A stretch of 64,000 nucleotides of DNA from Ascidiella aspersa. Lineage: Eukaryota. The stretch is from assembly GCA_963924565.1 (NCBI GenBank), contig OZ004615.1:7564001-7628000 (forward strand), in the 5' to 3' direction. A program made the position numbers and the translations under genes. Below the pieces are notes generated by a model, which was given only the letters and a program-made list of their open reading frames with translations, did no database searches and was not told the origin of the DNA. Positions 52,101-62,110 of the stretch are shown here, piece by piece. The stretch's first letter is position 1, and each line of letters begins with the position of its first letter.

Positions 52101-55100
52101 ATCGTTCGCCAAGTTGTACTAGACCTTTATTTAGTCGCTAGTTTTAACACGAGCTATCGCCGTTTTTCAGGGAGAAGGATGGCAAGCCGCTGCGTGCCGA
52201 CCATCACCACGACATTGAGTGGGAGGATAAGCACTCGTGCTATATGCTGGTGCGCGACACCTTCCAGCAGGACAGCGGCCAGTACAAGGTGACCGCCAGG
52301 AACTCTGCCGGCACCGCCAGTTGCCAGGCAACGCTGCTGGTCCAGCCGCTCGCCTACAGGAAGAGGAAGAAGTAAGTAATCCCTTAAGCACATAAAGAGG
52401 CTTAATATGGATTTTCCCCAAATAAAAAGCTAGTCCTGACTTTTCATTTTTAAGTTGCCCTAAACTTAATAACTTTATTTTAATTAAACAAAGTTTTTGA
52501 AATACTCGATTTTTTTCGCAGTTTGCTTTTTCAACTTGTTCCAACTTAACCTAACGCTGTTTTTATAACTCTAGGCCACAACCGGACGCAGATCTCTTCG
52601 CTCGCGAGAAGGCTTACCAGATCGCCGACAAGCTTTCGCTGCTCCAAGGCGACGCCGTTGACGTTAGGATGAACGCTTCTGCCAAGGAGGCTCTCGTCAG
52701 CGCATCCACGCAGAGCTCCTACTTCCGTCAGCCGGTCACCGATGACGAGTCCACCACCAAGGAGGAGCGACGAAGAGCCAAAGAGCGAGAGCTGAACCTC
52801 CGGATGCCTTATGACGTCCCGGAGCCGATCCAGCGCTCCGAGAAGACGCTCAAGGAGGACTCGGCGGTGAAGAACTTTGTGCCTCTAAGCGACTTCAAGT
52901 GGTACAAGAAGGTGCAGCAGTCGAACGAGGCCTATCATCCGACCGATATTACTCGCGACGAGAGACGCAGCAGGAGACTGAAGAGACAGTTCGTTCCGGA
53001 TGTTCACTACATTGTTCCGGACAAGAGATACGGATCAACTACAAAGTAAGCACACTTACAAACAAAAGCTTACAAACAAAAGACATCAGTGGTTCCCAAC
53101 CTATGTGCCATTTCTATTTCTCAAGGGCACCGAGAGATATTTGAGAATATTAGGGGGTGCCACAATCTATTAATTATTGCCGAGGGGTGCCGCTAGCCAT
53201 AAAAGGCTCAGAAACACTGGCCAACACAGTTGCGCCCTAAAACACTGGGTTACCAAACAGCGTTCAATGTTGAAATAAATATCTCTTCTAAATTGGACAA
53301 TATTTAAGTTTATCTTACTTTGCTTCAGGCGTGAGATGCAGATGCGCACCATCGACGACATCCTGGTGGACGACTACTCCGCTCATCGAGATCGCAGCGT
53401 CTCATCGGACGCCGAGATCGAGGTCAGGCAGAGAAAGCGATCCTTCACTCCGACGAAGAGACGCATGAGTCCGAGAGCATTCAGGGCGCCGAAGTGGCAG
53501 CAATACTACAAACCAATGGCAGACGATGATGAGGTGAATATATTTCCGTAACTGATTATAAAATTACTCTTCAAGCAAGTAGACCATGCTGAAATTGGCA
53601 AAAACCTGTTTGTGTAATTCAACTTAGAGGTTAGCTAGCCTTTATTGTCTTACTTTCTCATAATATATATTATTTATGTAATCTAACGCTTTATTCACAA
53701 CGCTCAGGTCCTACGCCCAGTCGGAGACTACCTGGACAGCGTTCAGGCTCAGGAATACATCCAGGAGATGGAGTCTTCCCAAGGAGTCGAGGATCACAGC
53801 CACGGCCTGAAGAGCTACGCCGACCTCTTGCGCGAACAGCACGTGCAGATGCACTCCTCCGGCGTTCAGAGCGACGGCGCCGACGCGGGCGAGAAGTACT
53901 CGTACCGACCGGTGAAAATACCGAAGAAGGTCGACGCTTCGCCTTCGCTCGCTTCGCTCAGGCAAAGGCACGAGGATGCTCTGAAGAAGAAGAAGTATTC
54001 AACGTAAGTAGATTAAATAGCGTTTTTTGAGTTTTTTTTAATCTTAATCGACTTCAAATGAAGCTATTCTTATCTCGCTAATCTATATTTTGGTGTACCT
54101 TAAATCTATTCCTGTTGGTTAACGACGAATATTTAACGTCGTAATTTTCTCCAACAGACAAGAAGAGGAATACATTCGTCCCGGATCCGACGACGAGCTC
54201 CTTCGGCCGATCTCGCTTGACACGTGGAAGTACGAGAACGTCCAGCGTGACGTCACCGCAACCAGTAGGCGCACGAGAGCAAGGATCCCGTCTTGCTCCG
54301 AGAGCGACGGCGAGTCGGAGTACCAGAGGAAGCGCAGAGAGCGTGAGAGGCGCAGACAGGAGGATCACTCCTTGGAAGTCGAGGAGGAATACTCTCTTGC
54401 GAAATCTCACAAGCAAAAAAAGACAAGGAAGGCGATCTTGGACGAAGAGCCGGATTACATGCAGAGACTCAAGAGGAGAAAGTAAGTGTTCATTGAAATT
54501 TTGTTTGGCGCAATTTTAACAAGGAGAGATATAAAGAAAGGATTGCTTCTTTGTGCTTGTGACAAACACCAACCAACATCTTGCTTTTCTCTTCCAAGGT
54601 CCTTCGAGTACGAGGAGCTGATGCGACCCATCACTGAGGTCGTGCTCCCGCGCAGGAGGAGGAGAAGACCGGTGTCCACGTCCTCATCTTCGTCTTCATC
54701 GGAAAGCAGCGATGACGAGGTGTACCGCCGGCAACAGCGGCAGCTGAGAAAGTCGCGCAAAACAAGGTAAAGATTTAAAGAATTCACGGAAAAGTACAAT
54801 TTGTCACACTCAGTTATTGACTTTCAGTTTGTAAATAGAACTTTGCAAATCTTGATAACTGTAAGGTTCGTGTTGTTTTCCTCATAAATCTCGCCCTAAT
54901 TTAAACGATCCTCTCCCCTCTTTACAGAAGGCGCTACGACGAGTACGAAGAGGACCTCTCCTCCGGCATCGAGTTCACCAGCTCCAAGTACAAAGAGGCA
55001 TCGGCGTCCTCCACTTCCTATGGAGGCGTCGGAGTCCACTCCACCGACTACGCCCCTTCGTTCCAACTCCGGATGCGCTCTCACGTAGTTCCGGAGGGTA

Positions 55101-58100
55101 TGAGCAGCAAGCTGAGCGCGTACGTTCGTGGACGCCCGGAGCCGAAGATCACCTGGTACCGCAACGGCACCGAGCTGTCGTCCGGCGGCAGCAAGCATCA
55201 CATCAGCAACATCGGAGGTAAGAGATCGCACAGATGGAAATAGCATCTTTGTATTGGAGCTCAGTCATTAATACTTTTTAACTGTGAATCTCATAGCACA
55301 AAAGCAAATATAATTGACGCCAATACAAACATATTACTTAAAAAAAATGTGACTATTACTAATCTTCTCCACTGCTCAGCAAATCCGCCTTGAATACAAC
55401 GCAAACATAAAATACAACAACAAGTCCTAACTTTATCCTATAATTCCTCAACAGGCGTCACCTCTCTCGAGATCTCGCGCTGCCACGAGGGCGACAGCGG
55501 CACTTACAGGTGTTCGGCCAGGAACTCGATGGGCGAGACGTCCGACTACGCGACCCTAGAGGTCACCGGGTCAGAGTTCGAGTCGAGTGCGTCCAAGCGT
55601 CGCGCCGACGACTTTCACCAGAGTATGGAACGCATCGACGCGCGGACATCCCTTATGAGGTAGGTTTCGCGCTTAAGATGGACGAGATGTACATGCCTTG
55701 TTTCCTGATTGGATCTGGAAATTGTAGGGCAATAATAGAAAAGTGTATTTCTCTAACTTGGAATCGCAAAGTTAACATTTAGTTGTTTGAAATGTTAAAT
55801 CGATCTGGCAAGTTTCAAAGCGGCGGGTTCCAAGCCCATATTAAACAAAACAATCGTTAATTACCTCGATAAAGACAGAGTAAAATCTTAATACTGTACT
55901 TTCAGTAGTAGCGAGTTCAACCCAATTTTATCAAATTACCAGTCAATCCTTCACAAAATACGATTTTTCCTCCAAACATTTCGCTAACCTATGCCTTCTC
56001 TGTTCACCAGGGGCCACAACCACCAGCATCACATCGACCAGGTCACCGAGCGCGATTACATGTCGCGAGCATCGGCCGTTACCGACGCCAGGTCGGTGTC
56101 GCGCACCTCGGCCTACAGCGAGTTCGGCGTTGACGGCCGACTGAGTCGAGCAACGCCGTCGTCGCTCGCCGGGGCGCCCTACTTCGTCATCCAGCCAAAG
56201 AACCAGTACGTGATGGAGGGCGACTGCGCGCGCTTTACGACCCAGTGCGACGGCAAACCGTCACCGAAAGGTACGAGGAACTTTAATTTATTTGGTCGAT
56301 AAATGCATTTTTTTTATATGAGAAAGGGTAACTTTAGCGCGTCGCTTTAAATTCAATGTGTCAAGTTGCATCTGTTATTTAATCCATTTTATTTAATATC
56401 GGCTATAATTGAAAATTTAAACGCAGCACGAGGATTTTAGTTGCCTTAATATTTAAAGTTACCTAAAATTATAGATTACGCTCGGAAAATTGCATGCGAA
56501 ACTCAAAATAAAGACAGTTACTTTCATATAATCGGTGTCAATTCTATCCAATCTCGTCTTTAATTGCGAATCTTAACGTAACACGAGGATTTTAACTGCC
56601 TTATTATTCATTTTTTACATATCATTTAAATATGCCTTAAATTGGCCAAATGACATTTGTGCTCTTGGATATTCCGCGCCGATCTCAAAATTAACATAAT
56701 TTTTTTGGAAATCGCAGTGTCCTGGTACCACGACGACCGTCTGATCCGCGACAACGACAAGTACTCGCTGGGCGCGTCCCGCGGAAAGCGAACGCTCGAG
56801 ATCCGCAACTGCAACGTTGCAGACGTTGGCACGTACAAGTGCGTGGCCGAATCGAGCAAGGGGAGCGCCGAGTCCGAGTTCAGTCTCGACGTGACGTCAC
56901 GACGACGACCAGTGACGTCATCAGCGTCGGCGTCCACCCCGGCGCCGCTCAAGATGGGTCGGCAGTCGCGCGGTCCGACCGTGGTCGGTCAGCTGCACAT
57001 CGAGTTGAGATTGGACGGTACTGTACATTTGGAATGCAGTGCTTCGAACCCGGACGAAGTGAGCCGCGTCATGTGGAGAAAGGACTCGGTGCCTATTCGG
57101 TAAGTTGGAGATATTCTGAAAGAAATTTGTGGCGTTTCTTACTGCAGTCTATAGCCATTTTCGAAACAAATATAATTGAAATATCCCTTATTGCATTAAA
57201 AGCATCATTGAAAACTATGCAAAAAGCCCTAATTAAACGCTACCCTCCAAAATACCTTTTACGTTTACTTTAAAACACATAAATATTGTTAATTTTTCAA
57301 ACCTGTCCGACCATATTTTAAAGAGGTTAAGATGTACTGTGCTTTAACGAAGATCGCTCGACTAAATACCAACACTTTCATTTCAGGACTTCCGTAGAGC
57401 GAATCAGCGAGAAGCAGAGCGGACCCTCGTACTCCCTGATCCTTCGCGATCTCAAAGAAGAGGACGCGGGAACCTATGAGTGCGAATTCATCGGAGCGAG
57501 CGGCGTGTCTTCCACCACGAGGTGCACGATGTCGCGCGACTCTTGCGCCAGCATGCGGAAGAAGGTGTCCAAGCTGGCCGGCCGCTCGAGGTCGGTGGCG
57601 AGCGAATCTTCGTCGCCGATGAGCGGCCTGATGCAGCACATGGAGCGATCGCTGGAGCAGACCTCCCAGATCACGTCGTACTCTTCCGAGTCCCGTGCAT
57701 CTTCCACATCCACAAGAGGTATGTATTATCTGGTTTAGTCTTTGTTCTATATGACAGTACCCGAAGTTTAAAATTCCTTTGGTTAAACAACCCTCAACAA
57801 TGCCTTGCAAATGTATACAGGATAAGTTAAGGAATACAAATTGGTTGCCTGCAAATTTCTTGCTGAAAGTTGACAGAATGAAAATTTACTGCTTATTCCA
57901 CATTTAGCCCTTTTGTTTACCAATCACTCATTTCGCTTTACAATTCTAACGTTAATAATCTCATTACAGCTTGTGCTACCAAGATCGAGGCCTTGCCTGC
58001 TACGGTGAGCGTCAGCAACGGCAAAGTGCTCACCTTGACCACCGCGCTGTCCGGTCAAGGCCCGTGTGTGGCCGTTTGGTTCCACAACGGAATGACCCTC

Positions 58101-58265
58101 AACGACGGGGACGATAGTGGGCGCATTCGCCTGGAAAGCACCGACACCTCGACCACTCTGACCATCCTGGGCGCCAAGTCCACCGACGCCGGCAAATACC
58201 GCCTGGAGGTGGCCAGCCCTAAGGGATCTGATTCTGCCACCACGCGCGTAACTGTTGTTGCGTAA
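2..58265 (+). CDS. TTN: Titin (connectin), 5'-partial, 65 exons: A-band C-zone, P-zone, titin kinase, M-band
   Basis: Continuous Ig-Fn-Fn-Ig-Fn-Fn-Fn-Ig-Fn-Fn-Fn super-repeats (DGGS-I-Y-VEKRE and YEFRV-AEN motifs), then Ig-Ig-Fn-Fn-Ig-Ig-Fn, a kinase with NYD linker and VAKVKV tail, and M-band Igs ending KIEALP...GSDSAT. Hand-assigned splice sites give consistent phases and 43,605 coding nt ending at TAA 58263-58265. Confidence 0.95.
4242..8588 (+). CDS. TTN: Titin, 12 small exons encoding super-repeat 2 domains 3-10
   Basis: Exons 4242-4346, 4425-4647, 4762-4923, 5036-5242, 5574-5870, 6211-6389, 6494-6611, 6738-7025, 7319-7473, 7808-7952, 8107-8257, 8437-8588. All GT-AG, phases compatible, Fn3/Ig motifs continuous across junctions. 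Confidence 0.88.
8831..8932 (+). promoter_or_regulatory. Possible internal promoter elements upstream of the intronic exon
   Basis: CRE-like GACGTCAC 8831-8838, TATA-like TTATAAT 8849-8855, palindrome CTTACGTAAG 8861-8870, E-box CAGCTG 8927-8932. Motif matches only. Confidence 0.3.
9105..9822 (+). CDS. Candidate alternative titin exon in an intron, encoding a unique Ser/Thr/Arg/Lys-rich peptide (alternative first, cassette or terminal exon)
   Basis: Frame open 8859-9830 with ATG at 9105. Donor C|gtaagt at 9822/9823 is phase 1, matching acceptor 10061. In-frame phase-1 acceptors end at 8922 and 9054. Base composition is exon-like. Confidence 0.65.
9201..9308 (+). repeat. 3 x 36-nt coding tandem repeat ([12 protein letters not shown] / [12 protein letters not shown] / [12 protein letters not shown])
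   Basis: Units 9201-9236, 9237-9272, 9273-9308. Three of the four differences between units 1 and 2 are synonymous third-position changes. Confidence 0.9.
10062..16691 (+). CDS. TTN: Titin, 16 small exons: repeat 2 domain 11 and super-repeat 3
   Basis: Exons 10062-10284, 10568-10825, 11080-11224, 11391-11516, 11788-12089, 12252-12648, 13026-13226, 13419-13620, 13783-13880, 14011-14221, 14319-14439, 14610-14779, 14893-15254, 15596-15858, 16182-16363, 16454-16691. Confidence 0.88.
12088..12131 (+). repeat. 22-bp tandem duplication covering a splice donor
   Basis: AAGTAAGTTGATTTTTATAGAG occurs twice in tandem. Confidence 0.9.
13661..13718 (+). repeat. Intronic 29-bp tandem duplication
   Basis: CACTTGTATAACATGATTTAAGTGTAATT followed by CACTTGAATAACATGATTTAGGTGTAACT. 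Confidence 0.85.
16898..22945 (+). CDS. TTN: Titin, 13 small exons: end of repeat 3 and super-repeat 4
   Basis: Exons 16898-17176, 17373-17637, 17982-18192, 18417-18604, 18721-18922, 19030-19262, 19535-19840, 19975-20157, 20388-20598, 20944-21219, 21515-21806, 22117-22417, 22772-22945. Confidence 0.88.
17222..17331 (+). repeat. Intronic degenerate tandem repeat (unit about 45-50 bp)
   Basis: AGCA..TTTTCCTATCTTATA.AAAAACAG.TATTTTCTTA twice, plus a partial third copy. Confidence 0.75.
23069..40682 (+). CDS. TTN: Titin giant exon (17,614 nt): repeat 4 domain 11 through repeat 10 domain 3
   Basis: Acceptor ccttag|ATC at 23068/23069. Uninterrupted frame (ORF track 23300-40768). Donor CAGA|gtaagt at 40682/40683. 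Confidence 0.94.
40791..42132 (+). CDS. TTN: Titin, 4 small exons in super-repeat 10
   Basis: Exons 40791-40931, 41043-41189, 41381-41680, 41938-42132. GT-AG with phase-1 junctions. Confidence 0.88.
42269..49762 (+). CDS. TTN: Titin large exon (7,494 nt): end of repeat 10, repeat 11, P-zone (A164-A170-like) and kinase up to just past DFG
   Basis: Acceptor ttttag|GA at 42268/42269 and donor GAAG|gtaatt at 49762/49763. Contains the P-zone signatures [16 protein letters not shown] and [10 protein letters not shown]. Confidence 0.94.
49303..50545 (+). other. TTN: Titin kinase domain plus C-terminal regulatory tail (3 exons)
   Basis: GRGTFG, FAVK (49381-49392), [14 protein letters not shown] (from 49660), DFG (49726-49734), [18 protein letters not shown], then HRKFY...[17 protein letters not shown]. 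Confidence 0.95.
49888..58265 (+). CDS. TTN: Titin, 17 terminal exons: kinase C-lobe, M1-M6-like Igs with insertions, M10-like Ig and stop
   Basis: Exons 49888-50131, 50272-50649, 50894-51082, 51245-51414, 51721-52060, 52171-52371, 52575-53045, 53329-53533, 53708-54003, 54158-54481, 54599-54766, 54928-55217, 55455-55659, 56011-56270, 56718-57099, 57387-57718, 57970-58265. Motifs PEFTLPLYN (M2), [10 protein letters not shown] (M3), [10 protein letters not shown] (is2), LRMRSH and [10 protein letters not shown] (M4), KIEALP (M10). Confidence 0.88.
53087..53219. mobile_element. Degenerate short hAT/Charlie-like MITE remnant in an intron
   Basis: Left end CAGTGGTTCCCAACCT, right end AGGCTCAGAAACACTG (12/16 inverted match), internal GGGGTGCC twice. 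No intact TSD. Confidence 0.5.
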
Positions 58266-59800
58266 GGAAACGAACTTTTGAACTGAACTAAACCGGACTT
58301 TTGTCTGACTTATTGTACATAGTGTATTTTTTGTAGCGTTTGTTGTTTTTTGCAGCCGCATGTTCGAAGTCGCCGTTTTAGCCAATCTTATTATTATAAT
58401 TTAAATTAAACATCAAAAATAACTAATTTCGGAGATGGCTAGCCGGTTGAAATGCGCCCTCGGACATTTGGCTATTTGTACAGCGGATTGTATATAGTTA
58501 TGCCGTGAAATATTCGATGCCTTTCGACAGCCATCACCTGAAGTGCCTACTTGCCAAAATCACTGCTATATATCTAAGACAGTCTGAACCGGCATGTCCC
58601 CAATGTATGTTTGACTTCTCTCTTGTTTTACTCGTACCCTTTTTTGCGCGCCCGGCCCGGGAGTATTGTCGAAGTTATGAACTTCGCGTGATTGCTGAAA
58701 GCTTTCATGATGAAAAGCTCAGCCGTGAATTGTGCCCGCCTTCGCCTTTCGAGCGTTCGGTGTGTGGCAGCCTGACTTTTCCGCAGCCTTCTGGCGATTG
58801 AAAATGCGTTCGTGCTGTTAATGCACTTGCGAAAGCCGAGTCGTGCACATCGCTTTGCTTCTGGAGAGAAACGCGGCGAGGTGTACGTTCTTCGGCCAAT
58901 TGTTAATGTGAAATGACTTTTTATCAAGAATTCGCTTTCTCCCTATGTGCCGAAGGTGCCAATATGAGCAATGTTTTTTAAAATCGCTGTTATTTATACA
59001 ATCAATGTTACTAAACGATGAGTATTCATTATCCATTTTTCGTGAATTTAAACTGGTACTCAAACTGTTAAAAGCGTGTTATTATTGTATAACAACAATA
59101 TGCAATCTAGATACTTTTGTATTATTCTTCCATTGAGTCATGAAATGTACTCGCCTTTATTTTATGATAATTGAGTTCTACTTGCCAAGGCACTTTTACC
59201 GTGGTTTATTGAACTATATATCTTGCTTGTGTCCGTCTATCGTGAGATGTCCGCCCGGGTTCGCCCTTGTTACATTGATGTCCGCACGCGTGGTGTGACG
59301 TCACAATGACCCCTCACCAATCCTCGCAATTCGTGACGTCACTGGTGCAAACGACACGTGATAGCATTGCCACGAACCCTTTCTTTGTTTTAGCACCTGG
59401 TAGATGTGTATTCAAGTCACGACAACTGAATTTGTTTTTGTACATACCAAATTTTTTCACCCGCCATTTGCATGAACGAGTTTCACGCTTTACACTGTCG
59501 TAAAGCCTTATCTTCAAATACAATTCGACAAGCACTGCAGTTATCTGGTGTAAATATTTTAAACCTTAGACAGCGTAGTTTGCTATCCTAAAATGAAATG
59601 AAAACAGTTTTTCAGAAAGGCAGTTGATCAATGTGAGGAAATTAACTGTTAGGGTCACGAACAGCCTACAAACAGCAAAGTAGTTGTTCCAAAACTGTTT
59701 AAAATCATGGGCCATTTCTCTTTAGAGCATTGAGCTTTATGTTCTCTTTTCCTACTTGGCAAACAGAAACATGACAACAATAAAAAATAATCCATTTAAA
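58266..59800 (+). other. Probable titin 3'UTR; end uncertain
   Basis: Follows the stop codon. ATTAAA at 58405-58410, and the first AATAAA I noticed is at 59779-59784. Confidence 0.4.
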
Positions 59801-59891
59801 AGTAATATTATTGTGTCCAAAGTCGTCACAGACTAACCGCCTTTGCACAACAGACTAACAACGTCTGGTGTGCCCAGGGTTGAGTTACACG

Positions 59892-60863
59892 TAGGGATGT
59901 TCAAAGTAGAATCCCAAGGTATTCTAGAATAATAGGTTTCGAATCTAGAATAACGAATCCAGAATAGCGAATCCAGTATATTTTTATGAAATTATTTAAC
60001 CTCGATTTTGTTTGGGGAAGGGATTAATCTTAATCTACCCTACAGGGCCCACAATCACAGCAATAAATCGCCCAAACAATTTTCTAACATGTCTACATTA
60101 TAATAAAAAAACTCTCTCATATGTTTAACATTCTTAACAACTGTCATCTAAAGCCGTTCTGTAAACTGCAATATGTCAACTGTCCAGGTTGTGTCCAAAA
60201 CTTATATTTTTGCCAATAGTGAGAAAATGCAACACTGCACACAGAAGTCTTAAGCAATTTGGTCCTGAATTTGAAAGCATTGTTAAGTCTTATTGCTTCT
60301 TTTTTTACTAACATGATCTGTTATGCAGTCAAATTATGTACTGCAAAGAATACAAAGTTATTATTGACATAACGAATTCTTGACAATTACGTTGTGCATA
60401 ACTGCATAACTTCCCTGAATATTGGCCTAAAGTTGACCTTAAGTAACCCCATAGCGCATTTTGTGGACGGCCAGCACGTTTTGCAACGCTATATTACTTT
60501 TGCAACTTAACGCATTTAGGGAAATTGCGAACTCCACACCGGACATTACAAGTTGATCGCTCGCCCAATAACGCTTGATTGACACTTAATTATTAGACGA
60601 ACGTTATCGCGAGACGCGGTAATTGGTCGCCCGAAAAAACGCTGACACTGCACTACCAGGTTACATTTAAAGCAAGCACTATAAATTGGTCGCCGCGGCG
60701 ACAGGCCAACTTACCACACGCGTTTGTACAATTAGGCGCAACAATCGGCGGTACAACATTAAATTATATCGGTTCCAATTACCCGAAATAAACGGCAGAA
60801 TTGGATTCGAATCTCATCTGGATTCGAATCCAAGGATTCGATATTCTACTTTAAGCATCCCTA
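59892..60863. mobile_element. Non-autonomous hAT-type DNA transposon (MITE)
   Basis: TIR TAGGGATGTTCAAAGTAGAAT versus reverse-complemented right end TAGGGATGCTTAAAGTAGAAT (19/21). Perfect 8-bp TSD GTTACACG at 59884-59891 and 60864-60871. Subterminal CGAATC repeats. Confidence 0.88.
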
Positions 60864-61174
60864 GTTACACGTTTCGCTTTTTCACTCTTAAGTACGTTTG
60901 TGGTTTATCGAAATGCAGTTAATTGTAAACGAGTTGGTGTAAAAATTTGAGTCATTCCACAGAACAGCTTAAAGCCAAACTTATAGGCTGATAGTCAACA
61001 AACGAGTACTCGATGCATATTACATCGACGACAAATTATTTTTAGACGTTTGTATCTTTCGCTGCATTTTCGTAGGGCATCTGTCAATATGTTGCAAATA
61101 TGTTTTAATATTTATACTAACTATTTACGGTACTATCTATACCGGTACCTAAATACTTTACTGAAACTTTAAAT

Positions 61175-61635
61175 CAGGGAGTCGAACCGTTTGACTCTTC
61201 CGGTTCAGGTTCGGTTCGGGTTCAAAGACTTTTTCAGAATCCGGTTCAGTTACGGTTTCGGTTTCGAGCAATTTAAAAGCTCCGGTTCAGCTCCGGTTCG
61301 ACCTTATTTCAAATCGGTTCATAAAGTTCCGGTTTGGATACAATACAAGTTGCGTTAAATCTAAAAAAGTGCGTGTCAATAAATGTAGAGTAATCTTTGA
61401 ATTTCTAGGCACATAATCTAAGATTCTAAGTTACGTGACGTATTAAAAAACAGCAACTCAATATTAAATATTGAATATGTAAAATAAAACAATCAAAGCT
61501 TGTTAATTAATATTTAGATTTATTGAAAAATTTGACATGGCATAACTTGACTTTGTAAAGTACAAGTTGTGACGTCATGCTGTAGTAAACCGCTTTTGTT
61601 CATACAATTTCGGTTTCGGTTCGTTCGGCTCCCTG
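61175..61635. mobile_element. Non-autonomous hAT-type MITE
   Basis: TIR CAGGGAGTCGAAC / CAGGGAGCCGAAC (12/13). Perfect 8-bp TSD CTTTAAAT at 61167-61174 and 61636-61643. Many subterminal CGGTTC repeats. Confidence 0.88.
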
Positions 61636-62110
61636 CTTTAAATACATTAGTCACCTCAAAGTGGGTCTCCTAGTAGGCCTTAGCGTAATTTCTCCAAGTA
61701 GGCCTTAGCGTACATTTAAATAGTTTTGAGGGGTTAATGTAATGATATTATAAATATTGGTGTTTTGCGTCGACGCCCATAATCACCTTAACAGAGATTT
61801 TGTTTTAACGCTTATATAAGCACTTTATGATCGATAACATAATCATGAGCCGTGACGCAATCGTAACCTATGTCTCCTCCAGTTTACTGACAGCGCGGGA
61901 AATAGTAATTGTGCTCCTGTTTGTTGTTTATTATTGTTTTTGCCAACCTTTTCTTGTTAAAATTAGCAAATCACTAATGGTCAAACTTTTTTCAGGTCTG
62001 TGGTTGACAAACAACTGTGTTTGTCTTATCTTCATGCTTATTTTAGGCCAACTGCTATTAAATACTTAAAGCTTTAAAGTAACTGTTTTATTTATCGCTG
62101 TATACTAGGA

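Noticed and set aside
2-58265. Several separate genes, or twitchin/projectin/obscurin
   Set aside because: All pieces splice into one frame. The 11-domain super-repeat, P-zone and M-band motifs are titin-type, not the Fn-Fn-Ig pattern of twitchin.
58683-58729. Imperfect hairpin in the 3'UTR (possible SECIS or miRNA-like element)
   Set aside because: The stem is short and bulged, the spliced CDS has no in-frame TGA, and there is no conservation evidence.
61195-61335. CGGTTC array as a CRISPR or satellite
   Set aside because: These are irregular short subterminal repeats of the MITE, with no repeat-spacer structure, in a eukaryotic context.
58505-62069. Short ORFs downstream of the stop codon
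   Set aside because: They have non-coding composition, no domains or splice context, and some overlap MITEs.
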